Origin: Escherichia phage vB_EcoS-611R1
Direction: 5' to 3' (one strand)
DNA: 21,467 nt
Sequence record: ON470586.1
Notes under the pieces: generated by a model
What the model saw: only the letters and a program-made list of their open reading frames with translations
Databases searched by the model: none
Told to the model about the DNA's origin: nothing
Shown: positions 1 to 8,432 of the stretch, piece after piece
Layout of the letters: every line of letters starts with the position of its first letter
Position numbering within the stretch: the stretch's first letter is position 1
Translations under genes and position numbers: made by a program

Positions 1-300
1 TCAGTGAGTGACCTCTTCAAAGGTACAGTTAAAATCGGTATACATGGCATTATCCGAAATGCTCCACTCCCTGCAGACAACCCGGACAGCCCTGTTGTGT
101 TTTGGCGGACGCCACAAAAAAGCACGAACCCCGGCATGACGGGATAAAAAACTGTCCAGCGCGGCACGGGAATATTCATCCGTGACACGAAATACCGGTT
201 TAAACGTTTTCAGATCTGCATTCAGACCACCAGCCCGTCGCTGTTCATATCCGTCACCGAACTTTACCGTAATAACAGATGGCTTTCGTGTCGTCTCCAT
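1..300 (-). CDS. phage minor tail protein M (lambda gpM-like)
   Basis: ORF 1..387 ends with a stop at 1-3. The internal Met (METTRKPSVITVKFGDGYEQR...) gives a 99-aa product that resembles lambda gpM from memory, and it sits directly downstream of the tape measure gene. The longer N-terminal extension has no RBS logic. Confidence 0.7.
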   Translation of the reverse strand: METTRKPSVITVKFGDGYEQRRAGGLNADLKTFKPVFRVTDEYSRAALDSFLSRHAGVRAFLWRPPKHNRAVRVVCREWSISDNAMYTDFNCTFEEVTH

Positions 301-334
301 CCCCTCGCGGGGGATCCAGTTAAAAACTTCAGAC

Positions 335-3300
335 TCAGGCACTGCATAATCCTCCGTCCCGACGTGATGACTGCATAATTGACACAACCCTGCTGTCGAT
401 CAGATCCACCAGTCCCCTGGCTGAGCGCGCATCTATCTCGCCATTGCTCCCTTGATTCTGAATGCTGATGTGATACACGGGAGAATAAACAAATCCACCG
501 CCACCATTCACATTTCCAATGGCCCTGACCCCAAGAGAGCCGTCCGCTGCCCGTGTCAGTGGCATGATTGCTTCAGGCCCGGCCTCGCCCATCAGCCCGG
601 CACCTTTCGCAAAAGCAAAATACGTCGGGGTATCCACAATGGTGTTACTGTAAGCACTCAGATTTGCCGATGTATAAACACCACCTTTTGCGTTTGCCAC
701 TGCACCGGAAAGCCAGTCGCCGACTGTACCAAGCCATCCTCCGGCACCGGACATGCTTTTGGAAAGTGACTTCAGCCCGTTAACGATGGCAGCGTTCATC
801 AGAATTTTTGAAACTTCCTGGAGAATTGAACTCCCCCAGTTTCTCCAGTCCACAACATTTCCGGCCAGTGCATCGGAAATATTTGATACCAGTCCGTCCA
901 TAGTGGAAACGACAGCATCTGCCGCCTGCGAAGCATAATCGGTGGCACTGTCTGCCCAGTTGGTCAGCCCCTCCTGGAGTCCTGCATTCCAGTTATTACG
1001 TAAAGCATCGGCCTTTGCATAATAATCCTGCTGATCGCTGAGACGCTCTTCCAGATATTTTTCATTCAGAGATTTTTCCTGTTTCCACAGGGCTTCTTCA
1101 ATTTCTCCGGCCTGATACTGTCTCAGCAGCTCGTTATTTTTCTGCTCAAACTCCTGCCGGATGCTCCACATTTCCTGAAGTCGTTCACGCATCCGTGAGC
1201 CTTCACCATATCCCAGTAACTGAGCCTCATTTGATGCTCTGACACTGGCATTACTGTCCGCCAGACTGCTCTCATACGCAGCAAGCTGCTCACGAATCTT
1301 TTTCTGGTCGATGAGTGCTGCATTCTGCAAAAGCGTTTTTTTCTGCGCTTCTGACAGGGTTGATAATTCGCCCTGGCTGACCTGATATTTCATCTTAGCC
1401 AGTTCAGTATTCTGCCCTGCCAGTGCTATTTGCTCTTTTTGCTGTTTAATCAGTTGCTTATAAGTATCTTCTATTTTTTCCGCTTCGGTCTTTTTATGCG
1501 CTTTGGGTTTATTTGCCTGGTTATTTCGCCATGCATCCAGTGAGTTATTTATATAATTCAGTCTTGCTGTCTGATACGCCTCTCCCACAAAGCCGAGATC
1601 ATCCGCAGCATAACCCAGGCGGGCACGCTCACGAGCTTCCCCCTTCAGGCGGGACAGAGCCAGTTCGCGCTCGCTGTTATTCAGTGCGGTCTGCTGTTTA
1701 TCATCCAGGGTTGCCTGTGGTAGCCGTAACGGTACATTCACCAGCCCCTGTCGCTGCTGAAGTAATTCATTACCGAGCCCGAGAAGGCGATTAAACTCGG
1801 TATGCTGCCCATTCATGATCAACAGGGACTGATACGCTTTGTTTTGTTCCGCTGCCTGTTGACGGATCAACGCCACCCGTCGCTCCTCCAGCCCGGCAAG
1901 CACATCCTGAATGGATTGCGCTTTGCCCTGCATTTGAGTGAGGCGAGACTGTTCAACTGCCAGTTGATTTGTTGCTTCTGCAAGCCCTTCTGTGACAGTT
2001 TTTACCGACGTCATGTGGTTAATCATAAAACCGTTATCGGTTGTCCAGCCCGGGTTTGCCAGCACATACTGATAGCCAGCAATTTTTTCCTGTAAGGATT
2101 TAATCTTACTTTTCTGCTCGTCAATTAACCTGTTTTGCTCCTTCAGTGCCTGTCGCGTCTTTTCCTCATTATCTGACGCTTCAGGAAGCGACATTGCCGA
2201 CGTTTTCTGGCGAATTTCGTCGATTGTTGCGGCATACTGTCGTGCAGATTCTCTGGCCTGCTCCTGATTCTGATACATCGTGTACCAGGCCGCAGCCCCC
2301 AGCATGACGAGTCCCGGCACACCACCAACCAGCCCCAGCGCGCCACTTAATAAACGACTCCCCACTGACGTAACATTATTCAGCGTTGTCTGTGCCGCTG
2401 TTCTGGCCGCAATATTACGGGTAAGTGACACCTGGGCAGCTGTCAGCTTCGCTTCTGCTGCGGCCTGCCTTTCGGTACCGCGAGCAGCAACAACCGCCTG
2501 TTGCGCACGATAAACCGCCGCACGCGCCCTGGCGGTTGCTATCTGTGTCCCCCGAAGTTGCACTTCAGCAAGAGCCACTTCGTTTCTGGCTGCAGTAATT
2601 AATCCGGCAGTTGCAGATCCAGCAGACGACGCCATATTGCCAAAATATCGGGCTACCCCGACGGCAACCAGAGCACCAGCAGCGGTTGCCACGGTGTCAA
2701 TATTGCCTGCAATACCATTCAGCACACCGGAGAGCGTCTTCGTCACTCCGCTTGCCTCGTTCGCACCACCAACCCAGGCCATAAAGGCGTTTTCAACTTT
2801 GGTTGCAGAGGATGAAACCGTATCAGGCATTGCTGCATATTCATCACGCAACGCCCCAAGCTGACTAATCAGTGCAGGAACAACCTTATCAGCGGTCAGT
2901 TTTCCGTTATCCGCCATGGCCTTCAGATCCTTACGGGCAACCCCCATTCCCGCAGCCAGCGCACGAATAACACGATCGCCGTTCTCATTCACCGAGTTAA
3001 ACTCTTCACCGCGCAGCACTCCCTGCGCCAGTGCCTGACTGAACTGCGTGATCACCGAACTGGCTTCTGCTGTACTGGCACCGGATAATTTCAGGCCCGT
3101 GGAGATCGCCTCGGTGACTTTCAGTACCTCCTCAGAACTGTAACCATACTCCCGCATGGAAGCTGCAGAACGGGCAAAAAGGCTGGCGTTATCAGAAAAC
3201 GCCGTCCCCGTTCTCTGGCTGATCGCCATTAATTCACGCTGTGATGACTGAAAATCATCACTGGACTGTGAGGCCTGCTTCAGACGGGCATTTACTGAAT

Positions 3301-3580
3301 TCCACTCATCGGCGAGAGAAATAAGATGACCGGTAGCAAAAGCCCCGGCAAATGCCCCCGCCATGTTCAGTGCCGAAGATTTAGCTGTATTTATCTGATC
3401 CGTCACTTCTGCCAGTGCACGCCGCATTTCACGGGATGCAGCAGCGGACTGTCGGCCTCCGTTCTGCATGGTACGGTAGTAATCCTGCCCCATACGCGAA
3501 GCCCGGGAGATCTCTGACTGGAATGACCGGGAATTTGCCGAGATTTTAATAATCAGTTCACGTAATGTCGCCACACTCAT
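335..3580 (-). CDS. tail tape measure protein
   Basis: 1081-aa ORF, Ala/Gln-rich with long predicted coiled-coil stretches and a Gly-rich C-terminal region. It lies between the G/T chaperone pair and M, and has RBS GGAGA upstream of the ATG at 3580. Confidence 0.9.
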   Translation of the reverse strand: MSVATLRELIIKISANSRSFQSEISRASRMGQDYYRTMQNGGRQSAAASREMRRALAEVTDQINTAKSSALNMAGAFAGAFATGHLISLADEWNSVNARLKQASQSSDDFQSSQRELMAISQRTGTAFSDNASLFARSAASMREYGYSSEEVLKVTEAISTGLKLSGASTAEASSVITQFSQALAQGVLRGEEFNSVNENGDRVIRALAAGMGVARKDLKAMADNGKLTADKVVPALISQLGALRDEYAAMPDTVSSSATKVENAFMAWVGGANEASGVTKTLSGVLNGIAGNIDTVATAAGALVAVGVARYFGNMASSAGSATAGLITAARNEVALAEVQLRGTQIATARARAAVYRAQQAVVAARGTERQAAAEAKLTAAQVSLTRNIAARTAAQTTLNNVTSVGSRLLSGALGLVGGVPGLVMLGAAAWYTMYQNQEQARESARQYAATIDEIRQKTSAMSLPEASDNEEKTRQALKEQNRLIDEQKSKIKSLQEKIAGYQYVLANPGWTTDNGFMINHMTSVKTVTEGLAEATNQLAVEQSRLTQMQGKAQSIQDVLAGLEERRVALIRQQAAEQNKAYQSLLIMNGQHTEFNRLLGLGNELLQQRQGLVNVPLRLPQATLDDKQQTALNNSERELALSRLKGEARERARLGYAADDLGFVGEAYQTARLNYINNSLDAWRNNQANKPKAHKKTEAEKIEDTYKQLIKQQKEQIALAGQNTELAKMKYQVSQGELSTLSEAQKKTLLQNAALIDQKKIREQLAAYESSLADSNASVRASNEAQLLGYGEGSRMRERLQEMWSIRQEFEQKNNELLRQYQAGEIEEALWKQEKSLNEKYLEERLSDQQDYYAKADALRNNWNAGLQEGLTNWADSATDYASQAADAVVSTMDGLVSNISDALAGNVVDWRNWGSSILQEVSKILMNAAIVNGLKSLSKSMSGAGGWLGTVGDWLSGAVANAKGGVYTSANLSAYSNTIVDTPTYFAFAKGAGLMGEAGPEAIMPLTRAADGSLGVRAIGNVNGGGGFVYSPVYHISIQNQGSNGEIDARSARGLVDLIDSRVVSIMQSSRRDGGLCSA

Positions 3581-3588
3581 TCTCCGGA

Positions 3589-3612
3589 CGAAAAAAAACC
3601 GCCGAAGCGGTT
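3589..3612 (-). terminator. intrinsic terminator/attenuator between G-T and the tape measure gene
   Basis: On the minus-strand RNA: hairpin AACCGC-UUCG-GCGGUU followed by a run of U (plus-strand A8 at 3591-3598), placed 8 nt after the T stop and just before the tape measure RBS. Confidence 0.45.
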
Positions 3613-3620
3613 ATGTTGAC

Positions 3621-4294
3621 TCACTGAGACACTATTAAAAGCGCGTTTTCCAGTCCAGCAAATGGATCTGATACGCCTTCTGTCTGCTCCTTCTCCCACT
3701 GAAGAAGCGCATCATTCAGTGGCACTTTGACCCCCTGCGCACCGTAAACAGCTGAAACAATCTGGGCAGCCCGGATATCAGCCCGTTCGTCCCCCAGCGG
3801 GCTGAACCTGTCAAATTCTGCCCACATCATGATTTCTGATGCGGACATTTCCCGGCGTAACTCTGACAATGTGCGCCCCATCCTGAGCGCCAGCATCATC
3901 AGAAAACGCATCCCCGGAAGCGCTACTTTTTTTTAACCTCGCCGGCATCACTGATTAGTTCCAGAGACTGCCGAAGAAGCCGCGCATGCACCGGGCCATA
4001 CACGGCAATCACCTGTTCACGATCATCCTCTGAAAATACAGGTTGCAGTCCGGTATCACACAGAACATCGATGAACAGTTCAACATCCGCTTCCAGATTT
4101 CGGCGGGCGCGCTCCGCAACGGATAACGGTGTCTCATCATCTTTTGCTTTAACGATCTCCTGCCAGCGCAACCAGGCTTCTGCAGAAGGTTCCCGTAATA
4201 CAACCGTTGCCCCTTCCCATTCAGGCACATCAACAGTTTTATGGCGAAACCCCGACATCGTTGCCAGTGCCAGATTACGGATATTTTTAGTCAT
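3621..4294 (-). CDS. tail assembly chaperone G-T fusion, made by -1 programmed frameshift
   Basis: The G frame ends GEVKKK-stop at 3923-3925. The mRNA reads GUU AAA AAA AAG UAG, which contains the slippery heptamer A_AAA_AAG (3926..3932). A -1 slip enters the frame of ORF 3621..3911 (MRFLMMLALRMGRTLSELRREM...), exactly as in lambda G/GT. Confidence 0.75.
3923..4294 (-). CDS. tail assembly chaperone G
   Basis: ORF 3923..4309; the likely start is the internal ATG at 4294 (MTKNIRNLALATMSG...), preceded by AGGA. It lies between the major tail protein and T, and ends in the frameshift site. Confidence 0.75.
   Translation of the reverse strand: MTKNIRNLALATMSGFRHKTVDVPEWEGATVVLREPSAEAWLRWQEIVKAKDDETPLSVAERARRNLEADVELFIDVLCDTGLQPVFSEDDREQVIAVYGPVHARLLRQSLELISDAGEVKKK
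3926..3932 (-). other. -1 ribosomal frameshift slippery site A_AAA_AAG
   Basis: Heptamer sits immediately 5' of the G stop codon. The -1 frame is open through the T ORF; the junction would read ...GEVKKK/VALPGMRFLMM... Confidence 0.7.
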
Positions 4295-4308
4295 CACATC
4301 TATCCTCA

Positions 4309-5013
4309 TTAACTGACGGTAACAGTGCAGGAAGTAGAGGTCACTTTGTTAACCGGGCTTGCTGAATCAGAAATCTCGCAGGTATATGCACCCGCATCAC
4401 CGGATACTGCCGATGCCTTACTGAACGTTGCCGCCGTCTGTCCGGAAACAGGAGAACCACCTTTCTTCCAGACATAAGAATAAGGCGGCACACCACCCGC
4501 AGCCTCAACCGCCATTTCAAGTTTCGATCCGGAAGCAACCCGCAGCGTGCTTTTTAAATCGACCTTCACTTTCAGCGGCTCTGTCGTCAGCACAGGTTTA
4601 CCTTTCAGGCGCAGAGAAAACGTTGCAGCCACAACACCATTGGTTCCTGCAGACCAGGTATGCTGACGCACCTCTGCCATAAAGGTAAATCCGTTGCCTG
4701 ACGGAAAAATAACTTTAAAGCCATACGTGGTGTCATTGTCATAGGCACTGCGCAACGCGTTCTGGGCAGCATTGAGGTAAAAGTTGCCTGACATGGAAAT
4801 CTCTGAAGCAGCACCAAGGCCGTTAATATTTTCCTGCTCAACAGAACACAGCGTGGTGACATCAATATCCTGCTTTTGTCCTGCAGTAAACTGCACCTCT
4901 TTGATTGTACAGCTCAGGCCAAGATAGCTGGCAGAATCCAGGGTTTCTGCTGTTACCGGTGCAGACGAAATCATAATTTTCGTCAGTTGCGAACGCTCAA
5001 AATTAGAGGACAT
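4309..5013 (-). CDS. major tail protein (lambda gpV-like) with C-terminal Ig-like domain
   Basis: ORF 4309..5064; the start at 5013 (MSSNFERSQLTK...) has an AGGAGA RBS. The C-terminal ~90 aa (..GGVPPYSYVWKKGGSPVSGQTAATFSKASAVSGDAGAYTCEISDSA..TSCTVTVS) looks like a Big_2-type Ig domain typical of siphovirus major tail proteins. Confidence 0.8.
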   Translation of the reverse strand: MSSNFERSQLTKIMISSAPVTAETLDSASYLGLSCTIKEVQFTAGQKQDIDVTTLCSVEQENINGLGAASEISMSGNFYLNAAQNALRSAYDNDTTYGFKVIFPSGNGFTFMAEVRQHTWSAGTNGVVAATFSLRLKGKPVLTTEPLKVKVDLKSTLRVASGSKLEMAVEAAGGVPPYSYVWKKGGSPVSGQTAATFSKASAVSGDAGAYTCEISDSASPVNKVTSTSCTVTVS

Positions 5014-5025
5014 ACTCGTCTCCTG

Positions 5026-5052
5026 AAAATAAAAAACCCGCCAGCGGCGGGT
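5026..5052 (-). terminator. intrinsic terminator-like hairpin upstream of the major tail gene
   Basis: Minus-strand RNA: stem ACCCGCC/GGCGGGU with a 3-nt loop, followed by a U run (plus-strand A run 5026-5036), placed between the gp11-like stop and the major tail RBS. Confidence 0.4.
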
Positions 5053-5072
5053 GGGTAAAATCATTAACGACC

Positions 5073-5417
5073 TCAGGCTATTACCTGAAATTCAAGCGTG
5101 GCTCTGCTCAGACGGGAGTCAGGATCATACCCCTGCGTTTTAGAAATAACGGAGGGTGCCAGTTTCCTTACTGCATCAAGCGCCTGCTCACGAATATCAT
5201 CTGCGTCATCAGGTACTGTCGCCCAGACATCGATCTGCACGGTAATTCTGGATTCAGCCTGCCCATCAAGCACATCAGATGCCGTGTCAGACACCACAGA
5301 AAACACCAGCCACGGCGGAGATACCGCAGGCTTTCCCTCCGTCAGCGGGACCACATAAGGATAAACCTGTCCTCCGGCCAGCTGAGACAACAGGGAATAC
5401 AGTGTGCCCTCCCTCAT
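5073..5417 (-). CDS. tail component protein (gp11/DUF3168-like, tail completion candidate)
   Basis: 114-aa ORF located between the HK97-gp10-like gene and the major tail gene. Assignment rests on synteny and size more than on sequence. Confidence 0.5.
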   Translation of the reverse strand: MREGTLYSLLSQLAGGQVYPYVVPLTEGKPAVSPPWLVFSVVSDTASDVLDGQAESRITVQIDVWATVPDDADDIREQALDAVRKLAPSVISKTQGYDPDSRLSRATLEFQVIA

Positions 5418-5863
5418 TTACTTAAGACCTCATCAATAGCCTGATTCATTCGCTGTATGGCAACCTGCGCCGCCAGCTCCTCTGTCGTATCGAAAGCCGG
5501 GCGAATGAATGGATGCGCGGGCATGTTTATCGTTCCCAGCTCCACAAAGCGCCAGTAAAATGCATTTCGGGGATCGCTGGCTTTCATGCTGTTATCACTG
5601 TTTCCGGTTCGCAGGTTCCGTCCGCGAATGTGGACACCCGAGATAATTTCCCCCCGACGCTTTGAACGCTGAGTGAGAACAACCACATTTTTCTTCAGTT
5701 TCCCGGTTCGCTCCGGCGCACGTTCAACAACTGCATCCCGCATAACTTCAGCACCGGCACGGGTGGCATCGCGCAGAACCTTATTGTTTTCTGCCCTGCT
5801 GAGCGTCTCCAGATCCCGTGCAATATCCGCCAGGCCGGAAAAATCAAGACTGAAATCCATCAC
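5414..5863 (-). CDS. HK97 gp10-family protein
   Basis: 149-aa ORF whose start overlaps the upstream gene's stop, in the usual position between head-tail adaptor and tail genes. Confidence 0.6.
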   Translation of the reverse strand: MMDFSLDFSGLADIARDLETLSRAENNKVLRDATRAGAEVMRDAVVERAPERTGKLKKNVVVLTQRSKRRGEIISGVHIRGRNLRTGNSDNSMKASDPRNAFYWRFVELGTINMPAHPFIRPAFDTTEELAAQVAIQRMNQAIDEVLSK

Positions 5864-6198
5864 ACATTCCCCTTCAGGCTGCAGAGTATTTCAAGCCGGG
5901 TAGCGCGTGCATCCGGTATTGGTGGACCTTCTATACCCAGAATGGCCCCTTTAAATGCACCGGTCAGCACTTTCAGACGTGAAGTCGCTGTCACATCGCG
6001 CCGGAATCTCATCCAGACTCTGACCGTAGCCTGAGCGGTTTCTGCTCCGCCTGAGATTATCTCCCTCCCGCTGATACCCTTAACTTCTGCCCATACGGTA
6101 GCTCCCTCCGTCACCGTCTCCACCGGATGCCCTGACGGAGAGCGGGCGGTGGTGACATTCAGAATAATTACGCGATCACGTAATCTGCCCGCCTGCAT
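5860..6198 (-). CDS. head-tail adaptor / head closure protein
   Basis: 112-aa ORF (MQAGRLRDRVIILNV...EGATVWAEVKGISGREI...) with the pattern of head-tail joining proteins, downstream of the connector gene. Confidence 0.6.
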   Translation of the reverse strand: MQAGRLRDRVIILNVTTARSPSGHPVETVTEGATVWAEVKGISGREIISGGAETAQATVRVWMRFRRDVTATSRLKVLTGAFKGAILGIEGPPIPDARATRLEILCSLKGNV

Positions 6199-6206
6199 GT
6201 CTCCTC

Positions 6207-6524
6207 CTACAAAGGAATAAAACGATAAGGCTCCAGCAGAGAAGAAAAACCAAACGGGACTGGTGCCTTGCTGACATCTGAGGAATTTTCCCGGTTTTCG
6301 TACCAGTGCCCGACCAGCAACATGAGCGCCAGCAAAACATCATCAGCTATAAGCACCCCTTCAGGATCACCTTCCGGCACCGTCTCCTCATAAAGCTTAC
6401 GGTTGATAAAATTTTCTGCCTTGCGGCAGGCAGCCCGGAAATACAGCATCAGTAACTCATCATCAGTTGCATCATCTGTATCAATACGGCACTGCGCCCT
6501 GAGTTTTTCCACTATTGCTGCCAT
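6207..6524 (-). CDS. head-tail connector protein (gp6-like)
   Basis: ORF 6207..6704; the start chosen is the internal ATG at 6524 (MAAIVEKLRAQCRIDTDDATDDELLMLYF...) with a GGAG RBS. The longer form would overlap the capsid gene and the terminator. Confidence 0.6.
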   Translation of the reverse strand: MAAIVEKLRAQCRIDTDDATDDELLMLYFRAACRKAENFINRKLYEETVPEGDPEGVLIADDVLLALMLLVGHWYENRENSSDVSKAPVPFGFSSLLEPYRFIPL

Positions 6525-6555
6525 CAGAAACTCCTGCCCGCAACACTGTGCGGGC

Positions 6556-6580
6556 ATAAAAAAACCGCGTCGGCGCGGTC
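6556..6580 (-). terminator. intrinsic terminator after the major capsid gene
   Basis: Minus-strand RNA: stem ACCGCG/CGCGGU with loop CCGA, followed by U7 (plus-strand A run 6558-6564), about 21 nt after the capsid stop. A second hairpin (6537..6554, CCCGCA/UGCGGG) lies between it and the connector RBS. Confidence 0.5.
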
Positions 6581-6600
6581 TGTAACTGAACAACGAGTGG

Positions 6601-7818
6601 TTATTTGCCAGTGAGCGCCTTGATGGCTGCCACATCTTCCAGCACACAGTCAAAACGATGGAAAGCCAGAAATGCCACCTGATCAAACTCAGCATAACGC
6701 TCAACCAGACGTTTCAGTTCCATATAAGTAACGCGGCGAATGATAAAGCGGTTGAAATCCCCCAGGAAAATGAATTTTTTTCCGGTACCAATCCCGTCAA
6801 TAGCCTGATCAATAACATAAGGGATCCCCAGCACAGTAGCCGGCGTACCGCCTGCAATATCCGGCAGCCATAACGGGCGTTTCTGCCCATCCTCCATCTC
6901 TTCAATAGTCTGCAATGTGGCATCATTGAATGCCCAGCGGTATTTCGGCCCACCACGATATGCCGGATCAATGGCATGTTTCAGGGCATTCATTTCTTTC
7001 CAGGTGAAAGCGGCAGAGGCTGCAGTCTGGATGGTTCCCGTCACCGACGCTGCCAGCCCTTTTGGCTGTAACGGTGATCCCGTTCCGGTCCCCTGAACCA
7101 GATATTTTGCCTCTCCACGACCAATACGCTGGGCAATACGGTTTGCCAGATAAGATTCAATATCCACCCCACTGTCCTGGAGCAGCTCATTGGACACACG
7201 AATTATTTTTGATGACAGCTTTTTAGCCCCCAGAATAGCGGTCCCGAACGTCACATCCTGTTCCGTTGCGGCTGTATTTTCCGCCAGCAGTTCGCCCTCT
7301 TCAGTCGTGCCATCAGACGTTGACCAGGTGATATCCTGCCCGGTTGATGTGGTCAGAAGTTGCGCCACACTGGCAATCCCGCCATAAGCCTTCATGGTGT
7401 CAATGATTTTGTTACGCATCTGCGTGGGCACCGTATATCCGCCCTGAGAATCCGTTGTTACACTCTGAGCCCGCAGTTCACGCATCAGATTACGCTCTTC
7501 AGCATTCAGTTCTGCAAATCCGGCACGCAGAAAACGGTTAAATGCCGCAGCGCGCTTCTCTTCCACCGCCTTTTTCCCGTTCTCCGCCTCATTATTCTGG
7601 CGCTCTTCCGGCCCGGACTCATCCACATATGCCTGATCCTGACGGCGCAACTCTTCTTCACGGGCGATTTGCTCATCCAGCGCATCCAGCTCAGCTTTCG
7701 CCCTGTTCCACTCTGCCCGTTGCTCATCAGTCCATGCGTTATCACCAATTTTTTCATGCAGTGCACGCATATCCTTTGCAATGGTGTTTCGTTTTTGCTT
7801 CATCTCATGAAGTTTCAT
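6601..7818 (-). CDS. major capsid protein, HK97 fold, with N-terminal scaffold-like delta domain
   Basis: 405-aa ORF. The N-terminal ~110 aa are highly charged and helical (delta domain); the rest has the general look of HK97-family capsid proteins. It directly follows the protease gene. Confidence 0.85.
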   Translation of the reverse strand: MKLHEMKQKRNTIAKDMRALHEKIGDNAWTDEQRAEWNRAKAELDALDEQIAREEELRRQDQAYVDESGPEERQNNEAENGKKAVEEKRAAAFNRFLRAGFAELNAEERNLMRELRAQSVTTDSQGGYTVPTQMRNKIIDTMKAYGGIASVAQLLTTSTGQDITWSTSDGTTEEGELLAENTAATEQDVTFGTAILGAKKLSSKIIRVSNELLQDSGVDIESYLANRIAQRIGRGEAKYLVQGTGTGSPLQPKGLAASVTGTIQTAASAAFTWKEMNALKHAIDPAYRGGPKYRWAFNDATLQTIEEMEDGQKRPLWLPDIAGGTPATVLGIPYVIDQAIDGIGTGKKFIFLGDFNRFIIRRVTYMELKRLVERYAEFDQVAFLAFHRFDCVLEDVAAIKALTGK

Positions 7819-7832
7819 CGTCAGTAGTATCC

Positions 7833-8432
7833 TTATGCATTAAGAAGGGTCAAAAGACGCTCACGCGCCATTCGTTCGTTAACAGCTTTCTTCAGCGCAC
7901 CACTCGCCCGCGCTTCCTGCCAGGCTTTCATTGAGCGGACACCAGAGTCTGCGTCCTGATAGGCCGGATATGTCACCGGGCTGACGTCATACAGACGAGA
8001 AATGCGCGTGATTTCCCGGATAACAATCCCCTCGTCGTCTTCATACCAGCTCTCTCCGTCACGGGCGACACGAAACGCGAACGAGGACTGATTAATGTCA
8101 CCACGCAACATTGGAGACAGCACCAGGTCACAAATAGTCGGAGTATCCGGTGCAACAATGTCATAACGTAAACCGCGTTCATCCACCGACAATGACAACG
8201 TGCCGGCAGAACTTCGTCCGAGAATGAAATTAGGATCATGATTAAACAAGCCACGTACATCATCATTCAGTACATCATCAAAAGCCCCCGGCTTGATGAT
8301 TTCACGAAATCCCCACAGAGGTTCTGAACGACTGTTAAATACCGAGCCATACCCCAGAATGTGGGTCGGGGCATTATCATATTGTTCCGCCCGCACCTCC
8401 CCGCTGTAACAGCGCGTTTCACGGTCATTCAT
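7833..8432 (-). CDS. prohead maturation protease (HK97 family)
   Basis: 199-aa ORF between portal and major capsid, overlapping the portal stop, consistent with the HK97-type protease. Confidence 0.75.
   Translation of the reverse strand: MNDRETRCYSGEVRAEQYDNAPTHILGYGSVFNSRSEPLWGFREIIKPGAFDDVLNDDVRGLFNHDPNFILGRSSAGTLSLSVDERGLRYDIVAPDTPTICDLVLSPMLRGDINQSSFAFRVARDGESWYEDDEGIVIREITRISRLYDVSPVTYPAYQDADSGVRSMKAWQEARASGALKKAVNERMARERLLTLLNA

Noticed and set aside
301-387. N-terminal extension of the minor tail M ORF (MCQLCSHHVG...)
   Set aside because: The extension overlaps the tape measure 3' end and lacks an RBS; the internal start METTRKP gives a protein of lambda gpM size.
452-938. Plus-strand ORFs of 61-105 aa (452..769, 568..783, 753..938) inside the tape measure gene
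   Set aside because: They are antisense to a long, well-supported coding region, Cys/His-rich with odd composition and no RBS; they look like frame artefacts of GC-rich coding DNA.
6525-6704. 60-codon N-terminal extension of the connector ORF
   Set aside because: It would overlap the major capsid gene and run through the terminator hairpins; an internal ATG with a GGAG RBS at 6524 is the plausible start.
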